NCBI GenBank assembly: GCA_030704615.1
Contig: CM060731.1
Location: 29,016,001 to 29,080,000, forward strand
DNA: 64,000 nt
Reading direction: 5' to 3'
DNA from: Takakia lepidozioides
Taxonomy: Eukaryota; Plantae; Bryophyta
Position 1 is the first letter of the stretch, and every line of letters starts with the position of its first letter. Of this stretch, positions 25,923-39,599 are shown piece after piece. The translations under genes and the position numbers were made by a program. The notes below the pieces were generated by a model that ran no database searches, was not told the DNA's origin, and saw nothing but the letters and a program-made list of their open reading frames with translations.

Positions 25923-26013
25923 GCTCTGGAGCAATCCCTCAGGGATCATTCCGCCTTGGAAGCAGCCTGCTGGAGCCCGAGGTGGAATGATCCCTAGGGG
26001 ATCGTTCCAGGGC
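25923..26013 (+). ncRNA. Long stem-loop; candidate pre-miRNA or structured RNA
   Basis: Arms 25923-25959 and 25977-26013 pair over 37 positions with 5 G:U pairs and 2 mismatches on the + strand, closing a 17-nt loop. The hairpin is certain; its function is not. Confidence 0.4.
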
Positions 26014-27421
26014 GGGTAAGGGCAGTTTATGCAGAGCTGGCCCTTCATTCCTGAAATGTGCGATATCTCCTGCAGGGGGTGCATAATATCGCTGACACTG
26101 AACAAAAACTTAGCGCCATTGCAACACCACACACCACACTGTAAAGCCCGCAGCCCCTTCACCTTTCACCCTCTTCACAACAAGTAACCCAACAAGCAGT
26201 TTTGAGCTCCAGGACACAGAAACTGGGCTCATGCAACGAGCCAGCTCTCTCACCAAATCTGTTTAGCTATTGGAATCCTTAAGGAGGCGTTTAAGGAATG
26301 ATTGTGTAGCCCAATGGTCACCACCTGCTGTAGCAGGTAGAGTGGTGCGCTCAACAGCTGCATGCAAGCTATACTGTGCTTCTGAACATGGGGATTATTT
26401 TGGGCATCGTTGTGCGTGATGAGAATTGACGATGAGGTGGACGTGAACAGACGGGCTTAGAGTACAACGCACCATAAGTAGCACACCTGCACGCACATTC
26501 AGTTTGAAAGGGGGCAATGATGTCACAGCTAAAACAAGGAAGAGATTGTTGATCCGGACTGTTGCCAGATCCTTGAATTTTAGGACCTGTAAGGGAGAGC
26601 AAAAGCTGTTAACTGCAGAGTTTTGTTTTTGTCTACGGAGGATTGCAAAGTGGGAAGAAATGCGGAGATGCTTCCGACGAGATTTAGACTGGCTAGCATC
26701 GAAAGATTGCATAGCAAACGACAAGGTGCATGGCTATTAGTGTCTGGCTTGGGCTAACAGCAGCTTGGTAGACATTTGTTGCTTACGGGATTTTACCAAA
26801 AGTTTGAACAGTCCCTGACTGATGGGATCCTGACCAATATCACAGCAAAAATGCTCGTCAAAGTAAGGTACATATGTTCATTGTCGGCTCCCTAAAGTAG
26901 GTTTGTCCAGGATCACCTGTATTGTTGAGTTGCTTACGATTCTTGCTAGTCTTGGCGTGAGTCTAGCTATGAGTGGAAGCTTGAGCCATTTATCAGAAGC
27001 AGAAGTTGGACTGGTAGGAGTTGAGCAATCAGCACTCATGCTTCTGATATGTATGTCTGCAGGCCCTCAATGCATCATTTCAGTTGTTGCTACTTTTGAA
27101 ATTGTATTGGCCGAATTGAGGGCCTGCCTGCATATAGACAAATTTTGGTGGCTTGTCATCGTTGTTTCAGGGAAAAATCTGTCCTCAGGTTTGCAAATGC
27201 AGGTTTCAGGTGGTACAGATTCTTGAGGATATGCCTTAAGTGATGATGAGTGTACCTTTTAACTTCATGTCACACTGTGACCAGTACAAGATTCTATAGC
27301 ACTATTGTTGTTACTATTCAGCCATTGAATTGGTTTCACCCTTTGACTATCTCACGATTTCTCTGTTCCATTCTCCTTGGATGTGTATTCCTGAAATGAG
27401 ACTTTGGTACAGGGAGGCTTG

Positions 27422-30400
27422 ATGGATACACAGCCTGTAAACTGGGGTGCGCTGGATGCACTTGTCCTGGACTTCGCAGAGGCAGAGCTTCTACTGGACA
27501 GCCTTGGGGATGTTATCAGTGGACTTGGGAACACAAGCATCTGTCATATAATAGAGCTGATTCGGATGCTGATAGAAACTGGTCGCATCACCGAGGCTCT
27601 CAATGTTATGCAGCAGCATGTGCCTGTAGCGTTGGGTGACCAACGCCTTCTCTTCCGGCTGCATAAACAGGTCCCATCTTTTCTTTCCTTTTCTGGGTTT
27701 CTGAGGATGGGTTTAACTCAGATATGCTGATGTACAGAGCATCATCTGTGTGATTTGTCGGCATTAATTGTGTGTTGTGTCTGGTGTTATGCAATGTTGA
27801 TCTTGTATTGGGCCAGTGTCGCATGCGATACATGCCGATAATGCGAAGCACAAACTTTCTTGACTGTGAGCTGTGGCTGTCTACAATGTGGATGAAGAAG
27901 ACTTATTTTGGGGTGCAGCTGGTCGTTTTCATTTGGCAAGCAGAAGTTCATAGAGTTACTCCGTAACGGAGGCGCAGATGCGCATGCGCAAGCCATAGAG
28001 TGCTCTCGCACACACCTTGGACCATGTGCACTCAAGGCCTATCCAGTATGTGCCCTGTCCTAAACCATCACATGATCACGATTTGTTTATACTCAGTATG
28101 CATCAAAACTTAACATACAAGTATATTTCAGGATTCCAAAAACAACTGTACTGTTCAGGCATGAGCCTGACAACTATTGCACTAGTCTTAGGTCTGCATG
28201 CTAGGTTGACAGGTAGAGGGAAAAGGCAGTTACTGGCAAACTTTGAGGTGGGGAGATATCCATCATTGGTTCGTTGTTCAAGTGGGTATGGTACGACTGG
28301 CATTTAGTTTGGGGATACCCATCTGGCAGTGTTGACACCAGTGCCATCATTATAGGAACTATTGGGGACATAGTAGCATGTGACAAAAGCAAGATGGTTG
28401 AGTTTTCTTAAAATGACTGTCAAATACCTGATTTGGAGGATAAAAGGTGGAACCATTTTGGCAGCAGTCTTTAGTAGTATGTTTTGATTAGATTGTTGTA
28501 CCAATCTCCACAACTTCCCAAGCACTATGTATGCAGGAAGCTTTTGAAGAGTTCAAGCATGTACTATTAGCATTAATGTATGACAAAGATGACAGTACCT
28601 CTCCCGTTGCCGAAGAGGTATGCTTCTCCATCCTCTTTTATTCTCTCACTGACAAGTTCATTTACATGCACAGGCATGTCGTAATTTTGAAGATGTATGT
28701 TCTAGTGGGCCTTTTCTTGGTTGAATTTAAGAGATTTCCATAGTGGGTCTCTGATAATTCAACAAGATATTGCCAGGGCTGCTTGAAGCTGAGCAACCTC
28801 CACAAGTCAGGTCCTGAGGTGGAATGTAAGAAAAGAAGAACATATCACATTCTTGTGATAGATTGAGGCGCAGTTGTCATGTTTATCAAGGGTAAGGGTC
28901 TTACTCAGTTTAGCAACTGAAGGCTTGGTCGACGATGTGGTGTGTTGTATAGTAGTGGTCTGAAGTCAAGAGGGCTGAGCTGGCAGCCACTATTGCAACA
29001 ACCCTCAAGGCTCAGCTGCAGGCATATGATCACGTCTTCTCCTTGACCCTTCGGTATTTAATCAGGTTAGTAAAGGTTGTGGTGCCTTCTCCCTCTCTTC
29101 ATCAAGAAGGACAGGTGGTCGTTTTGCTTCAAGTATCTCCAGCTTTTCTAAATGGAATCTAACAAATATTCAAAGAGCTGCAGCTTAGGATCCAAGAGTA
29201 AGGTAGAGCATAAACGTAAAACTACTGCTCTTTTGTATTGTCAACCTTGACTCAAGCACTCGTCATACAGAGTGGTTGACAGCAACATCTGAGATATGTA
29301 ACTGCATGAAATCATGATCTGACATGGATGACTCCTTAGCTGGAAGGTGCTGGGTGCACACTGCTAGCTAAAAGAGGGGAAATCCTCAATGACCTTCGGT
29401 TCTGTTGACCAAAATGGGTGCCTTAGTGCACACTGCATGCAATACGATCGCCAGCGTTAGTTAGAGCCCTAGCCATTTAGTGACTGTTTCCTCAATCATC
29501 CCCTATCTTAGCAGAAATGAAATGAAATGAAATGGTGCTTTATAACGTCCACGGAAAGCTCATAGAGCTTATGGGACAAAATGGAAGAAAACATGAGAGA
29601 GGAACAAATCCAGAAACCAAGAATAACAATTAATGTTCTAGCGATTGTCTAAGGGTGAAGGCCTCGTGCAGGTAGGCTGCCAAGCATTTTTTATCCTCAT
29701 AGTGGAAGACATCAGTGAGAGTTTGGGTTCCACTGAATAAACAGTGGAATAGCATCCACTGTCATAAACGCTGCAAATTCTGCATCTCTTTGGAGGTGGG
29801 TTGAACGTCTGTGGCCCCCCGTTGATAATACCATGCAATGTATTAAGGTGGTCTGTCATGGCATAAACCAATGTATGGGCTCTGCAAATTATGAGTATGT
29901 GATCAACTCCCACAAAGTTTCTATTGGCTTGAAATGAGATCTCGTCTGGGATGATTTGCAGTATCCATAATGGTTATTGCCTGCGGCAAGGGGTTGCTTC
30001 GCCAATCACACATGTTGCTGCTATTGTGCTGTCGAATGATCGGGATCCACCGGCAATGCCCCATGAGTTCCCGCTGGAAGCCCCACTGTCGAGTGAGGTT
30101 GTGATCCAACACATCTTTGATAGTCCAATTCCTATTGAAAAAAAGATCATAGTTTGTGTACGTCAGTTGTAGCTCAGACTGTGAAAGAGATTCATTGATA
30201 GATTGAGCCCTGTTGCTTACCAGTGGTAAGGACCAACCCTCCCGTTTGGGTGATTTGAATGTGATGCAAAAGAGCTTAGGGACTGTCTGATGTTGAATGT
30301 AAGCTTGCCATCATATTCGACAAGTATCACCCCTCTGGGGATGCAGTCACAGGGCTTTACCACCTAGAACTTAGCTGCAGAGGATATGTTTGAAAATCAA

Positions 30401-33400
30401 CAACACTATTTGTCATTGACGGGTCCTATCCTGTGGAAAGATGCCATTTTGAGAGGAAAAATGCAGTTCATGACTCTTAACCATTGTCTTACTAGTACTT
30501 TATGCCCTCCTCTTTATTTTTACCTGTCGGAAGTCTATGTAATACCCAAAGACTAGAGACTCCTACCCTACAAACAATGTTAAAGATTTCCACTTGCAAG
30601 TAAATGGAAATGAATGTAGTGCTTCATGAATCGATTCCAATGTCGCCAATTGGATGGGTTCTAGTGTTGGGACAGTGATCTTACTGCCAGACTATCCATA
30701 TGCTTATTGTTCACCTGCCCATACTTTGACACTGGTCTAAGGACCTAGAGCAGGACAGAATTCTTCACTGTCAAGGCAAAAACAGCGGCTAACAAGAGTT
30801 CATTTGTCTGGACAGCATTGAGGAGATAAAGATCCACCCAGGGGGTTTGGCTGAGTCAATTGACTGCGAGAGAGGCTGTGTGTGGGCTACACAGATCAGT
30901 CCCTATTAAGTTGCACTGTTCAAAACATGTCTTTGAAATGTGACAATGCAATTAATTCTGGTGGTTGACATAATACCCGAGGCTGTTTGTCTGATGACCG
31001 AACCATGGAGCTGGACATCTTGTATGAACTGCTATGTGGAATTGCATGTGTTTCAGAATGACATGCAAGGATTGGCAAATGCGGTGGAGCTACCCAGACA
31101 GTGTGCAATTGATAGCCTTCGCTACACCGGCGGTGACCTCCTTGCTGCATTTAAGGTTGATAACCTCAATGCATCCATCCTTGATATACCCTGTGGGATC
31201 AAGTTGATACATAGTGGAGGCTATATGCCTCTTTTCCTGCCGGTATTCTCTAGCCACTAGTATTCAATAAATCTATCAATTAACTGTTGAGAGAGTCAAA
31301 TGTGATTTTAAGTACGTGTACTGAGTAGCTTTTTCATATTGCTGCTTGCGTGCATGTTTTTGAAAGAGAGGTGCCCTGCTTCCAGAAATGGAAGAAAAAC
31401 ATTGGCTGTTCTGCTCCTTGTTTGCTGGAATTGTGTAGGCTTCTGTTGATGTACATTGACCATTTTGTCGAGAGCTTAGTGCGGTTTGAGTCACATTATC
31501 TGTAGTGCGCACTTACATCTGACAACAATCTGTTTTCACTGAATTGAGTGTTACGTTGATTGTAATGCATAATATTCGCACCCAATGCTACCTTAGTCCT
31601 GAAGACAAACACATTGGTGCAGTTGGCTGCAATTGCACGACCAGTTGCAGGGTGGAGGGAAAATGTAGCCCTTCAGATACGCATAGCTGGCAGGATTGCA
31701 CTGGCAGCCACTTCAGGAACCAAGGGGCCTGTTGTAATTTGTGTACCTGTGTGCGTACGTGTGATAATGTGCTCATGGACTGTTCCCATGGCTGAGAAAT
31801 ACCACACTCAGAACGCAGTCCTGGAGGGTACTAACTACTAACCCTGCATAGGTGGGTGTGGTAATCCCATCGGGCTTTGTAAGAAATCCCAAAGTGCTTG
31901 CTGTGCAAAACCATGAAGGGGGATTCCATACTGCTGCAGATGTGATGGGGTGGTTGTGGTTGTGGTTGCACTGCCAGTCACACATAAGAAAAGTGCATTG
32001 TGTCTGTCTGTGTTTTAGTGTCAGAGAGTGTGACCGAGTGCAATCTGTTCCCCCCCACCGTTGATTATGAGGAACCCTTAAGGGCATCAATCGTAATGGA
32101 TATGAATACCCTTGGAGCAATCACCAGGGTAAAAGATACCTAACCCAAAATGGCCAGTGTTTGTGCACAGTCAATCAAAATTCTGGCCCAGGGAATTGAG
32201 TGTGGTGATATGTACTGTCTGACATCAGACGAGACAACATTAAGTAGGCTCTAGACTTGCTTTTCCAGGTGAAACATGTAAAAAAGAAGCAGCTGGTTGG
32301 TTGACCTCGTTTCCTTGTCTCTCTTGCCTGACAGAACGAGTTGAGCCGGATAAGAGTAAATGTGACCATGCTCGACGAGCTGGTGCATGAATACTGTGTT
32401 TATAGAGGCCTTATTGAGGTTGGGCCCAACTACGCATCCAATGGCATGGAATCTTCAAGCGCAGCCCATTTGACAGATGTCTTGGCCAGTGGAGTGGTCG
32501 AAAGCTTGAAAGGCATCGGGGCGAGGGGCATGACTCTTGCTTCCAGCACAGTCCCAGCCCAAACTGCAGAGGGAGACACAGATGTAAACAAATGCACAGT
32601 GCCAAATCTCGTGCATGAGCATCGAGGTGGGGAGGACGAGATGGAAAATAAAGGTTTTGAGGATGATTTGCAAGACTCTGATCAAATAGCTGACCCATCT
32701 CAAATGGAGACCTCAGATGGTTCAGCAACCAATGCCTGTGTGATGGAGTCATTGAGCCCTTCTGCAACTGAAGGTACAAAGAGCGTACTGACTTTATTGG
32801 TTTTCGAGCTGAAGTATGATGCAGCGTAGCACTCCCACAGCCATATGAATACACTGATCTCATGGATTATCTCGCAGACCTAAGCACGATTTTTCTTTAT
32901 ATGGAAAGGTTAGACGTTGGTATTTATTTTTAGAGTGGATGATCTTAATTCTTCAACTCTGTTTGTTGCAAAGTCATTAAGTGGCTCTGTCATTATGATA
33001 GTATGGGAAAGGCATAACTAATGTCTCTCATGGTATGCTGTCACCGTAGGGATGGGTGTCCTGTGTTTAGAGGAACAATGATGGAACTGCCTGTCTCGGT
33101 TGTCAAGCCCCTGAAATTTTACCCTCCAGGGAGGAATACATACTTTTGGTTTTGTCTGTTCCCAGGGTCTTTGCATCTGTTGCTCCCTGTGTGTTGACAA
33201 TATGCCTGATTAGATCTACCATGCTGGCCTGTTGAAGTTTATTCCCAGTTGCTTGCCATCTGGACTCATGCTGTGGTGTTTGAGTCCCTGCATTCTGATG
33301 CCTGGTATGGCTGACTGTAGTGGTTGGGGAAAGCATCTCTCTAAGTGTTGCCAACACGGCAGCGATGGGGAGCAAATGCAGTACAAGTGGGTCCTCTCAC

Positions 33401-36095
33401 ACAAGCACCAATGGTGTTTATCCACAAGCCCAGCTAAACAGAGTGGGGGGGCTGAATAGGAGCTGGCCATCAATGGCACGCAGAAGATGGAGAGGGCGAC
33501 AGCAGTTAGTTGTCGGAGGACTTCTTGTTGGGGGCTTGTGGGAGTCTACAAACCTTCGACCTCAAGACCATCTGAGATCAGTCAGTCTGAGTTACTTAGG
33601 AGAGAAGTTCCCAGTAAGGTTCCGTTAACAATTAGCTAAGAGTGTTTCATACTGGTTGTGCATCACTAAGGATCAAACTGATACTTTAGTCAAGAGAGGA
33701 CTCCGGCCTTGCCTGATGCCGAATGCCAGAAGTAAGGATTCCGAGTTATTTCTTCCTCACAAGTAAAAGTGCAAGTACAATGGAAAACCATGGAGGCATG
33801 AATGAACAAGGGATATGGCCACATGGCAACGCCAGTGCACACCCTTCAATGCATATAGAGTTAGGAGTTTGTGACACTGTTGTAGGATTTGTTTGGTAGA
33901 GATACTCCTGGACTAACTCTGTATCTCCTTTCAGGTGCCAGAGGATTTGATGCTTGAAAGGTATCGTCGTGCACTTGAAATCCGACAGTTGGCAAGTGAA
34001 GGCAAGACTGAGGAGGTCATTGATGAAGTTCATCGCTTGAACCCCAGTTTCTTTGAGCATAATCCTCAGCTCCTGTTCCAGCTGAAGCAGGTAGGCTATG
34101 CCCATGCAGCTTCTTCAAGTGGGCATCGATCTGGGCTATTTTGTGTGGGTATTGATTCACCTGCTTCACAAGCAGCCAGATCATCTTTATTTTTTTCCAG
34201 TTTGATACTATCTGATACCAGCACAAGTCTGGTTTGATAGTTTAGGCCAGTTGGTCTGAGAAGGGGTGTGAAGAAGACCAATAGTTGCCCTTATGCAAAA
34301 CATAGAGCTATAAGGGCAATCACAATGACTGAAGCAAGATCTCCAAACTGATAGGACGTTGTTCTTGCCACTCATGATGAGCATTACGGTTGTTCACTTT
34401 CTACACGGACCCTGTCATTTGACATGCAGTCAGTCATGCTGTGAGCCTGCCATCTGATTGAAAAACAGGCTGACTGACTGACTAGCGGGGCCTAAGCCAT
34501 GGTTGCACTTCCCTGCAGCAAAGCTTAGCAAAGATCAAGCAACTATTGGCCTTAAACCATTCAGATTGAGTGACATCCCAGTTTGATTTTGTGCCCCAGT
34601 TTCAGCCATTTGCAAGATTAGCGTGAGTTAGCCTGGCATAGGTTTCTTGTTTTCGTCACCTGACCTGGTAATCACCTACAGGTAGAGTTCCTCAGGTTGG
34701 TTGAAGCAGGAAACTACTCCAGAGCATTGGATATTGCACAGGCTGACCTTGGCCCACTGGCTGTCAAGTTCCCTGACTTGCTCAGGCCTTTGAAAGAGAC
34801 GCTTCTCGTACTTGTACGCCCGAGAAGCCAACCTGCTCTTAAACCTATACCACCAGCTGTGCTAGCTGCCGCACTCCAGGTGAATTTCTGTGCTGTATCC
34901 TAGCTTGCTGTTTGTTGGTCATGTTACCTAGACCTAACAGTTGTAGATCGCTCATTGTTCCTGGAGAGACTAGATCTTTTACGAGGGATCTGTATTCCAT
35001 ACAAAGGCGACATAACTAAGTCTATACTGGTGCATTTTGCATCCCTAGTGGAAGTGTGCCACGCATTCAACACATCATGCTTGTTTTGTCCATCACTGCT
35101 GGTGAAGATGGCTGGACTAGTCACACGGAGTTGTCCTAAGCTATGCCTTTCCCTCCGCGCATCGGAGTGAAGGCATGAACTTAGGACCTGGTGAAGATGT
35201 TGGCCATTTTCAATTTCGCCATTAAGAGAAGATGCCCTTGATTATCCAACCTTTTTTTAGTATTTCTGGTGTGTCTTGTTTGCTGTATCATTTGTTTATG
35301 GATGTACGGTGATGTATTGTCTTCCCATCTTCTGAGAGGCATGAGTTTGTGGGTTCAGGTGGCACTGGGTGCAAGCCTGGGCATTGCGGAGCCACTACTG
35401 ATGAAGATCATGAGGGCCACATTGTACACACACACTCAGTGGTTTAAGCTCCAAATGTGCACTGACCCATTTGCAGACCTTCTCAATATAACAGTGCTCA
35501 AGGACACTGAGTCAAGCACAGGGTCTATAGGGCTCGTACTGGATGTCAAAATGTTGGTTGGCACTGGGTCATGCTTGTCAACAAATGAGACAGGTGGCAG
35601 GCAACTATCTGATTCCCGTAAGGAGGGGAGCTTTGATGAAACTTCTATTCTAACAATTATGGTGTGTGGCTCTCTTTGCTTTCTCTCACCTATGTCAATG
35701 TCTCTGTGCATGATTTCTCTACTCCTGAACAGTTAAGAGACAAGAACTTAGCGGAGAAATTCAGGACAGATTAGCTGGCAAGAGAACAGCGAGTTGGGAA
35801 CTATTACGTACACAGAGTGCAGTCAGAGTTTTTCTCCGTCTAGCACGCAAGCAGGCCAGGACCAGAGAAAAGATTCTCAAAGACCCAATCAAACAGGACA
35901 GCAGCTTTACATAATTGTAATTGTGTCATTACTTCAAGAGTTTCTTTAGGGCACATCAATCACACATTTGGACAATGACCTAAGTTTACCTTGTGTGAAC
36001 AGGAGTTTCTGGCATTGTCAAGAGGGGAGGCCATACAGCTCTTGGAACAAAATGATGGAAGCATAGAGAATGTGTTTGCACATCTTATGTCGTAG
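27422..36095 (+). CDS. LisH/CTLH-domain protein with two LisH-CTLH-CRA/UBA-like halves (At5g66810-like), 752 aa
   Basis: 12 exons: 27422-27670, 27944-28045, 28537-28617, 28956-29065, 29962-30097, 31057-31155, 32335-32773, 33321-33613, 33935-34090, 34682-34879, 35359-35661, 36003-36095 (2259 nt, phases close). Motifs MDTQPVNWGALDALVLDF, LLFRLHKQKFIELLR, LDELVHEYCVYRG, LLFQLKQVEFLRLV and EFLALSRGEAIQLL. Confidence 0.9.
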
Positions 36096-37259
36096 TGAAA
36101 GTTTGTGTACCAATGGTAATTGTAGTAAGCCGATTCAAGAGGACAGGGATCGCATACTGTTGTTCTGTTATCATGCTATATCCTCAAAAAGCTAAGAGTA
36201 ACCATGAACTTGGGAGGCCTAAGTTTCTGGTTTCTACCTACACTGGTACTACTGAGTACCAATTTGCTGCAGAGCTTCAATATATGTACTAATGTCAGGA
36301 CAGCATGGAAACCATGTTGAGAGCTTGTACTTTATTAATAAAAGAAATTGGAGGTTAGGCAAGCAGCAGTGGTCGAGCAGGATGAGACCACATGTATGAA
36401 TGGAAGTACAAGAGCATTAGTTTGCTGCAATGAATGGATGTCCTTGACAGAATTAAGTCCACCCACCAAAGAGCAGAATCAGGATGAGGAAAGAATTAGC
36501 ACATGCTACATGGTGGTTTTGCATTTCCGCCCCGACTCTTCTGTTCTTCAGTTTCCTGTTTACTTCAGGACAACCATTAATCCTGTGAACATTCAGTTTT
36601 TTCTTATCTTTGTAAATAATGTGACAGTAGATACATTTGAATGGTTTCATGTGGTGATCACCAGGTTCTTGATCGCGAGCCTTGGAGTGCGCCTCGCAAA
36701 ATGAGGTCGTCCCACTCGTCAGTATCATATTCCTCATGGTATTGGCGCTTATTCTCTGTCATTGTGCTTCGCTTCACCATAGTGATGAGGTAGTGAGGTC
36801 TGCAAAATGCAAACGCAAAAGAATGGCAGACATTACACACACCTGTTACAGCCCATATGTCATCGTGCAAAGCCAAATACATGGAGTTTGAATGCGAACC
36901 CTAGATAATCATGTGCCTGATGCTCCTGCTGTTGGTGTACTGATCGTTATGATCAAAACAAACATGTGAATCTGTCGCAATTGTGTTTTTAGAAGCTTTG
37001 CGCCAACATTCTCTCCATCGACAAAGTTGGAAGCCACCTACAATCATTCTCCTCCACAAGAGCATGCAAGATGAAAGAGATTATGAAGAGTAGTGGTGGC
37101 CATTGTCACACTATGAGGGCACAGCGGAAGTGGAGGATGCCAAGCAACTGGACAGAGCCCGATTCAAACATTTCGCACGTAGGTGCCATCCTTGCAATTA
37201 AAAATTCAACCTAATCATATCTCATACTTATGTCATGTGCATGTATGCATGTATGCATA

Positions 37260-37376
37260 TCGGCGAAGTGACCGCGGAGGGTGGGTCGCCCAGGGGAGGG
37301 CCGGGTGGGCCGTCGCTGGGGCCCGCTGACAGGGCTGTCAGGGCATTCAACTCCCCGGGCACTTCTATTACTTGGC
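37260..37376. repeat. Extra copy of the GC-rich right subterminal region of the adjacent Mutator-like element
   Basis: CGG.GAAG.GACCGCGGAGGGTGGGTC and GGGCTGTCAGGGCATTCAACTCCCCGGGCACTTC..TATTACTTGGC recur in the same orientation at about 40775-40863. Confidence 0.85.
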
Positions 37377-37960
37377 GGGGCCTATGATATGTGCATGTAG
37401 CATCTCAATACAACTAACCAGGTGACTTAAAATTTCTCATCCAAGTATATAAAACCGTACTTTTGGTTGTTGCAAGCCTTCACTATATTCTTATTCATTG
37501 TTTGGCTGTACTTATTTGCATGGCATATGTTGAAGAGCTTTTGAAGTTCTATGTTCGCAGCTTGCATAAGGCCATGGAAGACGTATTGTGAGTTCAACGC
37601 CGCAATCAACCCCTCGTTTCTTCCATTTACATGGTACAATTCGGATCATATTATTGTATAGGGACCGCAGCCAAAGCCACAAATGAACAACTTTTTACTA
37701 GTAATCAGCTTCTTCTTGTTTCTATTACCAAACACTAAACAATGCTGAAATACAAATCTTTACATACCATTTCTATGTAATAGTGTGGTTCAGTTGTGTG
37801 CACAGTAGGTGGATCATGTACGGTACCTGTGTTTTCCCAACTTGTGAGGGCCTAAATAAAAGGTCTGGTCCAACTAAATTTTGGCATTACCAACCAATTC
37901 ACTGTAAGGCAAAAACCATTAAACATTCATGCAGTTCGGGGATTCCGTATTTGTTTGGCA

Positions 37961-38732
37961 GGAGGCGGCATGGACAAGGCAGTAACAGAAGCACTGATAT
38001 GTGGTTCTTCACAAATGTGCCAGCTAAGCAGGTGCCTTTGCGCCTGGAAGACATGGATAATCTTCAAGATCCAAGGGGTTGGAGTAGTGATAGAATGATA
38101 GCTTTTTTGATTACCTGGAAGGGCTTATCTATTCCCCACCATGTTACGTGTAAATATGTAGCTTTACATTCCTTTACTTGGATGGGACTTCGAGAGCATT
38201 GTAAGAAGTATGGTAGTACAGGTGAGTCCATAAAAACACGGAAGGAGGGCACAGGTTTTCGGAATTTGATGGTTTCAGGCATTCATGCTCTTATTGTGCC
38301 CGTCTTTTATGAGTAAGTACTAGACTTCATCCCCATTTGTTGTTTCCAACTTTGCATATGAAGTCCCTATCCCGTCCATTATAGTGTGTATGTCTCAACA
38401 TACATGTTTTTTACATGCTCACATATTGCAAGTTGTTTTGTAGTTCCCACTGGAGCGTGCTTATTCTAGAGGCTCACAGATTCCTGCACCTCAACTCTAT
38501 CTAGAACTCACATAAGATTGTAACCTCCACCAAGATGTGGCCAAATTGTGGGCAGTGCTACGCGACATGTTCCGTGCATCACCTGAATAGAAGTGGGCAT
38601 GTTCCTCACCCCGGTGGTTGCGGCCTCTTGATACCCCAACAGCCTTCAAATTGGGAATGCGGTTACTTTTGCACCCATTACATTGACATGTACCTCCATG
38701 AAACGCTTGTTGATCCCCGTCCAAATGGGGCG
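37961..38732 (+). pseudogene. Ulp1-like (peptidase C48, SUMO-protease) gene remnant
   Basis: Splicing 38312 to 38444 (GT/AG) gives LRLEDMDNL..GWSSDRMI..LIVPVFYDSHWSVLIL..LHLNSI*..IPQQPSNWECGYF. This contains the HW, (D/N)S and QQxxxxECG catalytic motifs with one in-frame TAG. Confidence 0.82.
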
Positions 38733-39599
38733 GGTCTGTCAAGACCTCTGGATTTCTACTGCTACAATTTGGCTGTCTCATATGTGTTGTGCCCTCTTTT
38801 CCTAGTAATCGTCTTTGCGTTTGTTTGCAATGCGTAGTTCGACAAGACATGGTTTCATTTGGAAGATGCTCTTCACAAGAGGCTGAAATGCAACGTATGG
38901 AGGAAATGGAGTTGAAAGGGCACACTCCACATGGGCTGCCCAATGTCAACAAGACTGTCGTGCCTGACGAGGACGACTACCCACTATTCCTTCTTCCTGT
39001 GTAGTTTTTTTATGTCAGTCCACTGTAGCATGCTCCTCACATTTTGTTCTGTAGTTGTATTTCAATGTGTCCTCATTGACATGAAGCCATTTGTTACAGT
39101 CCGAAAGGGTGCTTCACACATGTTCAATAAAAAGGTTGTTGGGTTGTCTCATACGTCCCTGTGTGTTGCCACACCGCATACACGACTGCAATACAAGATT
39201 TTGGTGTGGTTGTCTTCATGTTTGATCAAATCGGTCACATACTCTTATGTAATGATATTCTCATATGGATTTCACATTACACATTGGGACTACCTGCATT
39301 GCATTTGGAGTGCTCGTCCGACATGGATAACTCTCCATACATACAAGGGGCATCCCATGGACTACAGTTATGTGGATTTCAGAAAAGAATACCAGTGGAA
39401 TGAAGAGTACATCGGTGGGGGACATGAATATGAAGCATCACGAAATTGCTAAAACCCATATCAACAAAGTGTTTGCTTATGAATAGTAGCCCCAAAACCA
39501 TGTTTGGGGATGATACATGTATGTAGGTTCTTCTCGTCGCATCTGGGTAATAATGAATCCTTCTTGAGGTTTGGAGGCCTGCCCTACTGCTCCAAGCCA

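Noticed and set aside
34374-34457. Intronic C/D-box snoRNA (ATGATGA..CTGA)
   Set aside because: The terminal stem is weak and I could not recognise an rRNA or snRNA antisense element.
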